NCBI GenBank assembly: GCA_963817895.1
Contig: CAWFQB010000014.1
Location: 192,001-256,000 of the forward strand
Length of the DNA: 64,000 bases
Origin: an uncultured Chthonomonadaceae bacterium
GTDB lineage: Bacteria; Armatimonadota; Chthonomonadetes; Chthonomonadales; Chthonomonadaceae
Reading direction: 5' to 3'
Each line of letters opens with the position of its first letter. The first letter of the stretch is position 1. The position numbers and the translations under genes are program-made. The notes under the pieces are model-generated. The model had not been told where the DNA came from. It saw only the letters and a list, made by a program, of their open reading frames with translations, and made no database searches. Shown here in pieces: positions 44,748 through 55,449 of the stretch.

Positions 44748-46614
44748 TCAGGGCGCGTCTACTCTTTTCAGCCTGTCCACTCTCTTTTCCACTTTCATAC
44801 TCTGTTCGCTCCCTTTTGCCTCCCTGTGACGGCTATACAGATAGCCGTCAGGAACCGGATAGACGCCAATCGTAAAAAATGGGCGCAGCATATCGGGAAA
44901 AGCCATTATACGGCGCTCCGGGCGCACAAGGTCAGGATACGCGCGCAGCCAGTAGCGCTCCTTCCATCTATTCGTCCGGCTATCGAACTGATTTGAAGCC
45001 GTATCTGAAACTGAATTTTGATCCAGAATAAGAATGTAGCGCGGCGCGGGCGCGGCCTGCTCAATCGGGTGTTTGTCGTTGCACAACCCTTCGATCACAT
45101 TAACGCACCGAAAACGGTTGTCCAAACTCAATCCGGGCGAGACAGCTCCAATCAGTACGCTGCCGACAGGAAGATGAGAAGCCAGCCAGCTATCCGCGTT
45201 GCGCTGCCGGTAACTGAGGTGTAGCAGCCAATCGGCGTGCCAGTAACCATTGCCCACAATCCAACTCACTCCGAACAGACAAAGCAACATCCGGTAGTTG
45301 CGGAACTGCAACGGCTTTACACTACTTACCCGCATATCTGATACGCTATTCAGCGTTAAAGCGGCCAGTCCGGCAAGCGGTGGATAGAACAGAACGTAAT
45401 AGCGGCTCGGCGCATAGTTGACGCTCAACGTCAGCGCGGAAATCAGCAGCAGCCATCCCCACAGATACAACTCACATAGAGAATACCCGGTGTCCGCTCC
45501 CTGCCGTCCACGCTTTTGCCATGCTCGTAAGATGGCCGCAAGCAGCAAAACGGGCGAGTGTTTCAACAGGTACGGCAACATGCCCCTTTGCCAGTCCCAC
45601 AGCCCGCGCGCCACGTTTCGCATCCATTCGCGGACATTATGCGGCAGCAGTTGTTCATGCACGTAATACGCATTGACGCGGGCAATTTCCTGATGATGCG
45701 GCACATACCACAACAGCGCATAAGGCAGCAGCGCCAGTATCAACCCGGCAACAAAGACCAGCAGGGGCGCAAAGCGCGTAGTAGTCTTAGCGTCCCCTTC
45801 CCTCTTGTGTTTGCGTTCCCCAACTGCCTGTATCAGCAGCAACAGCAACGGCACAGGCGCGACAATGGCCGCCAATCCCCGCACACTGTAAGCGATGCCG
45901 AGGCTTACACCGCAGAGGAAGAGGGGGAAGAAAAGGAGAAAAGGAGAAGAGGAGAAAAGGAGAAGGGGCAACATTAGTGTTTGTGTTCTCCGGTTCCTCG
46001 TCTAATCGCGCGTGTATTGGTTCATTCGCCAATCTTGCCGACGTATTCTGCCTGGTGTCCCTTAATTTGTAATCTGTTCTCTTCTCCTTTTCTCCTTTTC
46101 TCCTCTTCTCCTTTTCTTCCTCATAGCGACTCCACGCGTAAAAGGCGCAGCACAGGGGCAGGCAGGCGGGCGTGTCCATCAGTGCGAGACGGTTGTACAG
46201 GACGAATACAGGGTCAACACCTAAGAGTATGAGGGTTAGCCATGCGCCGCGAAGGCCGAAAGCGCGACGCATGGCGGCAAAGAAGACAAGGAGGGAAAGC
46301 AGGCCCGTCGTGACGGAAATCATTCGCGCCTGTATCGCTCCCACGCCGCAAAGCGTGAAGACCACGACTTGAATGCAGTGCAGCAGGGGCATGATAAGGT
46401 CGTTGTTGAACTCGTCCGCGCGGGTTTGTCCAAACAGGAGGAGGTTGCGGGCATTATGAATGTAAAAGCCCTCATCTGTCAGCAACGCGCTGCTCCACGA
46501 CAGGCGGGCATAGGCATCCGAGTCGAGATGCGCGACGCGCAGCAGTACCATGAGAAGCCAGAAGAGCAGAATGAGCGTTGTTCGTATGGCTTTGGAGTTG
46601 AGGAAACGTGGCAT
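44748..46614 (-). CDS. GT39-family membrane glycosyltransferase (frameshift within repeat insert)
   Basis: LLTDEGFYIHNARN, ARMISV, YNRLALMD; ORFs 45787..46614 and 44748..45974. Confidence 0.75.
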
Positions 46615-46705
46615 GGCGCTGTACAGGGATGAGTTAGAGTGTTTTCAGAGTAATTTCAGGCAACTTGTCAATGACGCGGTGGTTACAGATGCTGTTATGC
46701 AGTTA

Positions 46706-49171
46706 TCAGGGTCGCGTTTTCGCGTTTATCCACGCTTGTATTTGCAAATACCCTGTTAACGCGGTTAATGTTCCAACAGCAAGCAGGGATAAGTAGAGTC
46801 CCAACGCATAGCAGGCAGGCTTGTATTGCAGGAAAACGATATGCTTGCCGGAGGGGAGTGTCAGGCCCATGATCGAACCGTCTGCGCGGTGAATTGGCGC
46901 AGGCTTTGCATCCACCTGCGCCTGCCAGCCGGGAAACGCCGTCAGGCTGACCATCAGAAACCCCGGACTCGCGCCGCAATCCGCTTCCACTCTCATTGTA
47001 TGCGCGTCGAGAAAACTAACGCGGCATGTCGTATCCGTCGGTTTCAACATTGCGTCTGGCGCGCTTTGCGCCTCCGGCCATTCCATCCGGCTTGCGAGAG
47101 CATCCGGCGCGTCTTGCAGTATCGCGGTCTGTTCCGGGTGAAAATCCGGGTCTGCAAGAGCCGCGCTCAGACGTGTTTGTCCCTCCACATGGCGTATATC
47201 GCGCGCAATCCAGACGCGGGGCAATACGTCCTCATTCTGCGATGTATTCACGGGCAAGCGAACGTTGCGCTGTGCCGGTTCCGGCGTACCGGCGACAGAT
47301 TTTCCATGCTGCGATTGTGCCGGCACATCGGCTGCATGGAAGCGCGGATCACTGATGCGGTCGTTTTGCGGCAATATCAGTGATCTTGCCCCCATAATCG
47401 CCAGCAGCCGTGACAGGTTGGGTTCTCCGCGCCGCAACGCCACTCTGCCAAGCGCGTCCACTCCGGCGGGCGCAGACAGGGGAACGGGTTCGTACCCGGA
47501 GGCCGATTCCTGACCCCACCCGGTATTCAGGTTGGGCATCATCGTATCGAGTACGGTCTGAAAGTGGCGCGCGTCCACCGGGCCATAATCGCTGTAACCG
47601 TCCGTTACATAGTGTTTCCAAAACTGTTCATGTGCAGGCAGATACGTTCGCAGGCTGCTATTCATTTCTTGCTGCATAGCGTCTGCATTGCTTGCGAACG
47701 CGCTTGTTGGCGGAATTGTAGCCGCTCGTGAACGTATCTGAAAAAATTCGTGTGGCACGGTCGGGTTCCAATCCTTGCCAACCCACCACAACGGCAGGGC
47801 AATGCCAATAATGCCCATATAATTTAGCGCATGGCTTCGTTTCGAGAGTCCAACCTGCCAGCCCAAAGTCGTAAGTACGGCAAACGCAAACGTCGTGAAA
47901 ATCAGAAAACGGGCGGGATCATGGAAATTGGACAAGCCGGGTACGGTTTTGAAAGCGATCCAGTATAAGCCGCCCATGTTGCCGAAAGCCAGCCATATTC
48001 CCACAATTGTGGCGCCAATCCAGAACTGAACCTTGCGCCGCTTCCTGAACCGAATACAGGCTATGCCAATCAACAGCAGAGGCAGCCAACCGATAAAGAA
48101 GGCCGGTTCCCACGCATTGCCGCCACCCCAGAAATCTCCGCTTGCCGGGTGTCCCCAGAAGCGCGGAAAGAGGAGCCGCAGCAGATGCGCCGGTTCCAGA
48201 TAAAAACGGTTGGCCTGCGCGGGCGTCAGTTTTTCGCGCGGACTCTCCAGCAGCACCTGAATAGCGGGCAATATTTGCGCCGCAGCCAGCATCAGTCCGA
48301 GCAGTCCCGCGCTTATCAGCCAAAAAGCGGCAGGTAAGGCGTGTCTGATGTTATCCCGAATTTGTTGTAGTTGGGAACGCTTCAGTGTATTATTGGACTG
48401 AACTCTGTCCCTGTGGTTGCGCGTGTCATTCAGCAGGCGTACCGCCGCGTACAGGCTCCCCGCCGCCAGAATGAGGTACGCCATTTGCGGATGCGCGGCC
48501 AGCGCCAGCAGTCCGATGACAAGCGACAGGCACAAGTGCGCCTTGATGCGCCGAATACGCTGTGATTTGCAACCTGAGCAGGCAGATAAACAGTTTTGGT
48601 CGGGATATTTACAGCGAGTTGTACAGGACACAGATTGGGTGTCAAGGCAACAGTCAAGGCAATATAACAGCAGGGGAAAATACGGCGCGGAAAAGATCAT
48701 CGGCGGGAACTGAATACGCCCTATCAGGCACTCGCTGCCCATATACACAAGACTTCCCGCAACCCGCGCCCAACGATTCCCGCTCCAACCGCGCAAATAC
48801 AGGTTCATAAACGCGCCGCATAGAAACACATGCGCGATTGTTGTAACGCTGAGATACAGCCATACCGGCAGAATCAGTAACAGGGGCGTCGTGGGATAGA
48901 ACACGCCCATTTGCGGATTGCCCACAAGCGGCTGTCCGCCAAGTATGGTGGGGTTCCAAAGGGGAATATGCCCGTGCAGCAGGGCGTTTTGCTGTAAGCG
49001 CAGCATGGGCGCGAAATACAGCAAAATGTTGCCCCAGTACAGCGCGCGTCCCATGCAAAGCGGCCAGAGCAGCAGCAGGGTAACCCCCAACAGAAACAAA
49101 TATTCCCACGCAGGCGACTCGCGGCGGGGCAAATGGAACACCGTTGAGACCTTTGCCGCTTGCGTTGACAT
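46706..49171 (-). CDS. YfhO-family membrane protein (GT-C fold)
   Basis: PLWNPTILGGQPLVGNPQMGVFYP, HPQMAY, PARF, FPGWQAQVD..IHRAD...GLTLPSGKH. Confidence 0.85.
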   Translation of the reverse strand: MSTQAAKVSTVFHLPRRESPAWEYLFLLGVTLLLLWPLCMGRALYWGNILLYFAPMLRLQQNALLHGHIPLWNPTILGGQPLVGNPQMGVFYPTTPLLLILPVWLYLSVTTIAHVFLCGAFMNLYLRGWSGNRWARVAGSLVYMGSECLIGRIQFPPMIFSAPYFPLLLYCLDCCLDTQSVSCTTRCKYPDQNCLSACSGCKSQRIRRIKAHLCLSLVIGLLALAAHPQMAYLILAAGSLYAAVRLLNDTRNHRDRVQSNNTLKRSQLQQIRDNIRHALPAAFWLISAGLLGLMLAAAQILPAIQVLLESPREKLTPAQANRFYLEPAHLLRLLFPRFWGHPASGDFWGGGNAWEPAFFIGWLPLLLIGIACIRFRKRRKVQFWIGATIVGIWLAFGNMGGLYWIAFKTVPGLSNFHDPARFLIFTTFAFAVLTTLGWQVGLSKRSHALNYMGIIGIALPLWWVGKDWNPTVPHEFFQIRSRAATIPPTSAFASNADAMQQEMNSSLRTYLPAHEQFWKHYVTDGYSDYGPVDARHFQTVLDTMMPNLNTGWGQESASGYEPVPLSAPAGVDALGRVALRRGEPNLSRLLAIMGARSLILPQNDRISDPRFHAADVPAQSQHGKSVAGTPEPAQRNVRLPVNTSQNEDVLPRVWIARDIRHVEGQTRLSAALADPDFHPEQTAILQDAPDALASRMEWPEAQSAPDAMLKPTDTTCRVSFLDAHTMRVEADCGASPGFLMVSLTAFPGWQAQVDAKPAPIHRADGSIMGLTLPSGKHIVFLQYKPACYALGLYLSLLAVGTLTALTGYLQIQAWINAKTRP

Positions 49172-49172
49172 G

Positions 49173-49994
49173 TCAGGGCTTACGCCCCGACGGAGTCGGA
49201 GGAACGGCATCTGCGGTGTTGGAAACTGTCGTATCCGTAACTGCCGTTACGGAGTTAGAAGCGTTTGTGATTTCGCGGAGTACAAAAACAGGAGTCAGTT
49301 CATCGTTTTGGCCCATCGGATTGTCCAGCATCAGCAGGCGGGCGGTGGAAAGACTGACGTTCAACGCCGACATATTGCGGCTCATGCCAATTACTTCCAC
49401 ATTGATGTTGTTGCCATCAATAATGTAACAGCCGCAGCCGAAGCGCGTCGCCAGCTCATCGCAGGTTTCATTGGGGCGCAGGGGTGGCAGCATCGCGTAC
49501 TCATCAAAAGGTTTCATCGCTTCGGGATTGAAACCATCTATTTCTGAAATACGGTTGCCCGCAATCCGGTAAAAGTCGCCGCGACGTTTCAATACCAGAC
49601 GGCTGAACCCGCCGAGGATAACAGCAGTCACAATGCGCGGATACCCGGCAAGTTCAATAGCAACCTGCATTTTTTTTGGATGCGAGTATCCAATATCATC
49701 CCGATGTTTGGTAACATATTTAACAATCAATCGCGCAAGCCATGTATCGTTCACGTCGCTGATGTGCCGCACATTGTTCTGACAGATCGTAACGAACTTT
49801 TCAGACAGACAAATCATGCTTGTCGGCGTCAATTGCCCTCCCGCGTAAGCGGCAATCACGTCGCCAAGATTTTCGCCGAACAATACTTTATGGGTTCGTA
49901 TGGCAAGCCGCTCGAAACGGCGCTCCTCAACCTGTTTTATATCCCGTCGGGGCGCGTCATTGTGTGGCACATCGTTGAAAGTATGGGTAGTCAT
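49173..49994 (-). CDS. CofE-like (F420-0:gamma-glutamyl ligase family) protein
   Basis: LSEKFVTICQ, RGDFYRIAG..ISEIDG, IIDGNN, DNPMGQNDELTP. Confidence 0.7.
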   Translation of the reverse strand: MTTHTFNDVPHNDAPRRDIKQVEERRFERLAIRTHKVLFGENLGDVIAAYAGGQLTPTSMICLSEKFVTICQNNVRHISDVNDTWLARLIVKYVTKHRDDIGYSHPKKMQVAIELAGYPRIVTAVILGGFSRLVLKRRGDFYRIAGNRISEIDGFNPEAMKPFDEYAMLPPLRPNETCDELATRFGCGCYIIDGNNINVEVIGMSRNMSALNVSLSTARLLMLDNPMGQNDELTPVFVLREITNASNSVTAVTDTTVSNTADAVPPTPSGRKP

Positions 49995-50114
49995 GTTAAA
50001 CAGGAGTATACCGAACGCGCTTGCCTGTGTCAAGACCGCGCCGGAAGTAGTCTCGCATAAAGTCACTCACCCGACATAGGGGGTGTAGTTCAAGAAAATA
50101 GGAAGGCAGGCAAA

Positions 50115-50921
50115 GTGGAGACAAGGATTTCAGAGGAAATGGTTGTAATCGGCGGACATGTCGCCATTGTGGGCGGCACAGGTTTTGAGCAATTGCCGCC
50201 TGAGATACACGCCGAAGTTATGGATGTAGAAACCCCGCATGGGCTGGCCCGCGTGTTGAGCATTTCCGATAACTATGTAGAGCCGTACAAACTCTATTTT
50301 CTGTCCCGGCATGGGGTGTCGCACGGCCTCGCGCCACATCAGATCAATTACCGCGCAAACATCGCCGCGTTAAAGCAGCTGGGAGTACGCTATGTGTTTG
50401 CGACCAATGCCGTCGGTTCGCTGCGCATGGATTTGCCGCCCGGCGCGCTGGTTCTGCTGGATGATTTTATAGATTTCACCCGCGCCCGCGCCATCACATT
50501 TTTCGGCGCTGAGGAAGCATGGGCGCACGTAGATTTCTCCACTCCGTACAGCCCGCTGTTACGTAAGGCGGTCATGGCTGCCGCCGCGCAGATGGATGTT
50601 CCCCTGAGCGTTCGCGGCACGTATGTATGCTGTGACGGCCCCCGTTTTGAAAGTCCCGCCGAAGTTCGGCTGTTCGCGCAGTGGGGCGGCGATGTAGTAG
50701 GCATGACCGGCCTGCCGGAAGCGACTTTCGCCCGCGAAGCCGGATTGGAATACGCGGCCCTGTGTATCGTCACAAACTACGGGGCCGGCCTGACCCCCAC
50801 CCCCGTAGATCACGAAGCCGTCACCGCCAGTATGCAGGCGTTATTGCCACAGGTGCGGGAACTCCTCCTCAACGCGGGCAGAACCCTGATCGAAGCGCAT
50901 AACCGGACGACAGAAAAATAG
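50115..50921 (+). CDS. mtnP: S-methyl-5'-thioadenosine phosphorylase (MTAP family)
   Basis: AIVGGTG, RHG..H...PHQINYRANI, AVGSL, DGPRFESPAE, VVGMTGLPE..FAREA. Confidence 0.88.
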   Translation: METRISEEMVVIGGHVAIVGGTGFEQLPPEIHAEVMDVETPHGLARVLSISDNYVEPYKLYFLSRHGVSHGLAPHQINYRANIAALKQLGVRYVFATNAVGSLRMDLPPGALVLLDDFIDFTRARAITFFGAEEAWAHVDFSTPYSPLLRKAVMAAAAQMDVPLSVRGTYVCCDGPRFESPAEVRLFAQWGGDVVGMTGLPEATFAREAGLEYAALCIVTNYGAGLTPTPVDHEAVTASMQALLPQVRELLLNAGRTLIEAHNRTTEK

Positions 50922-51000
50922 TTTATCATTTGCCCTTTACTCATGTACTCATGGTATGAACAAACGTTAGCTTTTTAGAACCCCGGAAACTTGCCGCTAA

Positions 51001-51106
51001 AAACGTCCGATAATGTTGTACGCCTCTAAACAATTAACGATTTTTTTGGTGTCCGGGGCTTAAGCCCCGGACACCAAAAAAATCGGGCCGCGACGCGGCC
51101 CGATTT
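51001..51106 (-). repeat. Composite element copy 3 (inverted)
   Basis: AAACGTCCGATAAT 51001-51014; 48-bp palindrome 51038-51085; GGGCCGCGACGCGGCCC 51085-51101. Confidence 0.85.
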
Positions 51107-51127
51107 CAACACTCATTCCGCGCTCCA

Positions 51128-51460
51128 CTAACGAGTGACCGTAACATCATCTCCACTCACGCTCACTGTCGCGCCCAACCCCGTTTCAAAAAAGTCTATC
51201 GGCACATACAGATGACTATCCGAGATTATGGGAGCCGCGCTCAACGTATCCACTTGGCCGTCGTTAATCAGGCTGGTATCCCCCGCCGTCACACTCAGCT
51301 TCTTGCCATCTATCTCAACGATAGCCTCCTTGCTCTCGTTGTTCCAGTACACATACCCGCTCAGTGTTTCCACGATCCCGGCAAGCGGCACGAACGTTGC
51401 GCCATCCTGCTCGACCGGCGCTGCCAACTCCTGAGACGATCCATTGATGGTATAGGCCAT
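51128..51460 (-). CDS. Copper amine oxidase N-terminal-like domain protein
   Basis: DGATFVPL..IVETL...V.W, APII..HLYVPIDF; SD GGAG. Confidence 0.8.
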   Translation of the reverse strand: MAYTINGSSQELAAPVEQDGATFVPLAGIVETLSGYVYWNNESKEAIVEIDGKKLSVTAGDTSLINDGQVDTLSAAPIISDSHLYVPIDFFETGLGATVSVSGDDVTVTR

Positions 51461-51577
51461 GTTGTCTACTCCCTGTTGTTAATCACTTGCGCATAGGAAT
51501 ACGCGGCGCTTCCGGCAGAGTACAGGAAGCGCCGCGCAGCTTGGATTACCAGATGACGCCCTGGTTGAGGGCAACTT

Positions 51578-52213
51578 CTAGTGCTTGCCGACCATCAGTT
51601 CGTTCTGAACTTTGTAGGAGCCGTCAGGCGAAGCCTTCTTCGCGATGTCTTCCGCCAGCTTCTTCATGTCGTTCGTCTGCACATTTCCCTTCAGAATGAT
51701 TGTCTGACCATCGCTGGCTGTATCCACATTGATCTTGTTCAGGGTGGCATTGCCCGTCGGGTAGAGCGTCTCATTCTTCAGCAACGCCGCCTTCACGGTG
51801 GGAGTTACCGTCGCCACCTTGCCGGCGTGCTTAACCACTTGCCCCGCATCCCCTACTGCCTTAGCGGCTCCAGCAGTGGCGTCTACGGCCACTTTCTCTG
51901 TGGTTGCCGCCGCGTTGGCGACGCCCTTCTCAGTAGCGACTGCTGCATTGGTAACGCCCTTTTCCGTTGCGGCCGCCGCATCGCTAACGCCCTTAGCAGT
52001 GGCGGCGGCGGCGTCTGCCGCGCCTTTTTCTGTGGCCGCTACGGCTTTTTCCGTACCCTGAACGGTCTTCGCAGCCGCAGTATCCACGCCCTTTGCCACT
52101 GCGGCAGTGTCATTGGATGCATCTTTCGCCGCGCCATCCGCCGTATTGGAGCAGCCTACGATGCCTGTCCCGAACAAAACGGCGGCGGTCGCCAGTACAA
52201 AAAGTTTCTTCAT
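51578..52213 (-). CDS. BON-domain lipoprotein with 11-residue repeats
   Basis: Lipobox IVGC; VKAALL..INVDT..IILKGNV..KKLAEDIA..VQNELMV; SD GAGGAG. Confidence 0.85.
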   Translation of the reverse strand: MKKLFVLATAAVLFGTGIVGCSNTADGAAKDASNDTAAVAKGVDTAAAKTVQGTEKAVAATEKGAADAAAATAKGVSDAAAATEKGVTNAAVATEKGVANAAATTEKVAVDATAGAAKAVGDAGQVVKHAGKVATVTPTVKAALLKNETLYPTGNATLNKINVDTASDGQTIILKGNVQTNDMKKLAEDIAKKASPDGSYKVQNELMVGKH

Positions 52214-52518
52214 GTTCTTCTCCTCACGCGAATATATACTTCAAGGGGTGTTTTGGTTCTATAAACAGGTTGGCATTGCTGTCAGCCCGACTTGTTTCTG
52301 AACGCTAAGACGAGCAGGCAACGCGCAAAGTTCCGTAACTTTAGGAGTATACGCAACTTCCATGTTCCTGTTGCCGTAAATGCAGGTTTTTGTCACTATG
52401 CGGCTTTCAATTTACGCGCCACCCAATTTCAGAGCGCGAAAGCCTAACCTTGATAAATTCAGGATGCCCCATTGAAAACATAGCAGGAGAATCGTCATTT
52501 CAAGTAGAAACTGATCTC

Positions 52519-53353
52519 ATGTGGAAATATGCGATTTGCAACGAAACTTTTGGCGACATGGAATGGGCGGAAACCTGCGCTCAGATTGCCTCCTTCGGCT
52601 ATGAGGGCGTGGAACTCGCGCCCTTCACGCTTGCCGCAGATGTTCGAGACATCTCCTCTCGCGAACGGCAAGCCTACAGGCAAACAGCGCAACGCGTAGG
52701 GCTGGAGATTGTCGGCCTGCACTGGCTGTTGGTTTCTCCCGCCGGCCTCTCCCTGACCAGCCCTGATGACGCGGTACGGGCGCATACAGCCTCGTATCTG
52801 GCCTCCCTTGCCGATTTTTGCGCCGACATGGGCGGCACAGTACTGGTACTCGGTTCTCCCAAACAGCGCCGCATCTCGGAGGGAGAAACCATTGACACTG
52901 CGCTTAATCGCTTGCAGACCGCGCTCCAACCCGCGCTCGAACGCGCCGCCCTGCACAATCTAACCCTTTGCCTGGAACCCCTGCCACCACCGGAAGCCGA
53001 TCTGATTTTGACGCTTGAAGACGCCGTAAATGTCATTGAACGTCTTCAGCATCCCAATCTGCAAACCATTCTCGACATCAAAAGCGCGTCCAGCGAACAA
53101 GATCTCCATTCTCAAATTAGCGCGTAAATTTAGTTCCCATATTGCCCATGTCCATGCCAACGATGCCAACCGACGCGGCCCCGGTTTCGGCGAAACCGAC
53201 TTTGTGCCTGTCTTAAACGCGCTGCATGAGATACAATATACGGACTATGTATCGGTAGAAGTCTTTGATTACACGCCGGATCCCGTCACCATTGCCCGCG
53301 ACAGCCTGGCCTATTTACGCCGTTGCCAACAACTAGCGTCTAACAACGTATAA
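52519..53353 (+). CDS. Sugar phosphate isomerase/epimerase (TIM barrel), frameshifted
   Basis: GYEGVELAPF, VGLHWLL, LGSPKQR, CLEPL, HVHANDANRRGPGFG, VSVEVF. Confidence 0.88.
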
Positions 53354-53423
53354 ACTTGTTGTACCGACAGTTCAACCATCAACATTCAACAAACTACAAA
53401 TTCTTATACCAGAGGAAAAAATT

Positions 53424-53702
53424 ATGCAGGCACACGTCAAAGTAAGTATGCAGAATATCAACGTAGATGAAACATTCGAGGGCGCGACAGCGGATGAGAT
53501 CGTCGGAAAGATGAAAGCGCGGATCGCCAAAGAGGTCCCCTTCTTGATGCGGCCTTTTGTCAACGGCTTCAGCAACGTCGGCTTCGCGCAGGAAGTCGTG
53601 AAACGCTACAACAGCAATTCCAAACTAAATCTGCCCATTCCCAGCTCGTGCGACGAATTTTTAACCCTCGCGCAGCAGCAGGGATTTGCCACAATTTCCT
53701 GA
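53424..53702 (+). CDS. Small hypothetical protein
   Basis: 92 aa, SD GAGG, plausible composition. Confidence 0.7.
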   Translation: MQAHVKVSMQNINVDETFEGATADEIVGKMKARIAKEVPFLMRPFVNGFSNVGFAQEVVKRYNSNSKLNLPIPSSCDEFLTLAQQQGFATIS

Positions 53703-53846
53703 GCCACATGTAACCTCTTACACGCTTTTTGAGAAGGGCTATCTCAACATTAGCCCCTCCCCCATGTTCCGTATTTCTGCTTCGCTTTGAAATACGTTTT
53801 GTGGGAGAGGGGATGTCCACAAGTGGACGCCCGGGTGAGGGCATTG

Positions 53847-55301
53847 TTACCCGCTGTTCGCCTGCATCCGAACAGCCTTTTCCAGCGCATTGCTGAGAAA
53901 CACCAGAGCCTGCTGTAACGCGGGCGCGGCGGTCGGTTTTCCCTGCGCGTCGCGCACATCTTTGATACCGGCCTCAATATCTGTCGGCGTAGAAACCGCT
54001 ATCGCGGCGCGGTACTCCTTCTGCGCTTCCATCCAGTTGTTCTGCGTCGCGTACAGTAATCCCAGATTCAGCCGCGCGTAAGCCAGTGAGCCATCCAGTT
54101 CCAGCGCTTTGCGGGTGTTCTGAATGGCTGCCTCATACTGCCCCGCCTCGTACTGTGTCCAGCCGAGATTACCCCACAGCGCGGCATTATCGGGCGTGAT
54201 TTTCAGCGCGGCCTGATACGCTTTGATGGCATCTTCGCGACGCCCCGGCGTATCCAGTATTTGCGCCAGCGTGGATAATACATTGGCCTGCTGCAAAGCT
54301 AATTGCGCAACCTGCGCCTGTGCCTGAGCCGTCGTCCTCGCGTCTGCGCCCAGGGCGCTCGCTTTGGCTTTCCACTGCAAACCGGTAATTTCCAGTTCGC
54401 TGCTCAATTTTGCCAGCAAATCTTCCGCCTGCCGTAATTTTCCATTTGCCGCCAGCGCGGTCGCGCGTCCCAATTTCGCGGGAATATACCCTGCATCAAT
54501 ACGCATGGCCGCGTCGTACTCATCCAGCGCCGCCGATTGCCGGCCCTCCTGCGCGTACACATCGCCCATGCCCACATGCGCGACAGGGCTGTCCGGCGCG
54601 CTTCCCAATGCCTGCAAGAATGCCTGCTCCGCCCGCCGACTATCCTTCTGTTGCAGATAGATACTACCCTGTTGTATAATCAACTCTGAAGCGTTGGGAT
54701 TTAACTCAATGGCGCGATCCAGAGCGCGTAACGCGGCATCGTTCTGATTGGCCTGCACCAGCGCGTTGGAAAGCAGAGCATAAGATTGCCCGCTTGTCGG
54801 CGTCAGTTCCGCCAGTTTCCGAAAGGCTTGCGCGGCTTCCGGCCACTGTCTCTTAGCCTCATACGCGGCCCCAAGCCCGAACCATGCGCCCGGATTGGAG
54901 GATTTCAACTGCGTGGATTTTTTGAATGCCCCCACCGCGTCGTCGAACTTGTGCGCGCCCATAGCCTCCCGGCCTTTTTTCTCCCACTCTTCCGCGGTCA
55001 ATTTTGATGAGGCAGGGATAGCCAGCGGGCCGACAGGTTTGTTTTGCGCTCCGCCAAACAAACCTGTCCCCGGCTTAAATGGCGTAATCAGCGCATCGGG
55101 CTTCTTCGTATCCTGACTGCCGGACGGCTTCACAGGTGGCGTTGTTTTCGTTTCCGTCTTTGGTTTACCCGGCGCGGGTGTCTGCGCCTGCGCCCTTGAG
55201 AGCGTTGTAACAAAACCGCAGATCAACATCACTATCTGCACAGACAACCTCGAATGGCAACCAGAACGGCATCCGTGTTGTGATTTGAAAAAGATTGGCA
55301 T
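53847..55301 (-). CDS. Exported TPR-repeat protein
   Basis: Signal-like N-terminus; repeated TPRs (AWFGLGAAY, AHVGMGDVY, LWGNLGW, ARLNLGLLY). Confidence 0.88.
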   Translation of the reverse strand: MPIFFKSQHGCRSGCHSRLSVQIVMLICGFVTTLSRAQAQTPAPGKPKTETKTTPPVKPSGSQDTKKPDALITPFKPGTGLFGGAQNKPVGPLAIPASSKLTAEEWEKKGREAMGAHKFDDAVGAFKKSTQLKSSNPGAWFGLGAAYEAKRQWPEAAQAFRKLAELTPTSGQSYALLSNALVQANQNDAALRALDRAIELNPNASELIIQQGSIYLQQKDSRRAEQAFLQALGSAPDSPVAHVGMGDVYAQEGRQSAALDEYDAAMRIDAGYIPAKLGRATALAANGKLRQAEDLLAKLSSELEITGLQWKAKASALGADARTTAQAQAQVAQLALQQANVLSTLAQILDTPGRREDAIKAYQAALKITPDNAALWGNLGWTQYEAGQYEAAIQNTRKALELDGSLAYARLNLGLLYATQNNWMEAQKEYRAAIAVSTPTDIEAGIKDVRDAQGKPTAAPALQQALVFLSNALEKAVRMQANSG

Positions 55302-55449
55302 TAGATTTTTCCTGATGAAGTCAGTTCAAACTTTATTGACAATACGCGCGCAGGAAAGATACCCGTTCCTGTCGAATCATCCTTCACAAACTACCTGCAG
55401 ATTTATTGTACCGCAATCTACATTCAAGACGGAAGATTTAGAATTCACT

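Noticed and set aside
2097..51106. CRISPR array or integron attC interpretation of the repeats
   Set aside because: Copies are 10-20 kb apart with no repeat-spacer periodicity; no cas or integrase gene; palindromes are perfect rather than bulged attC-type
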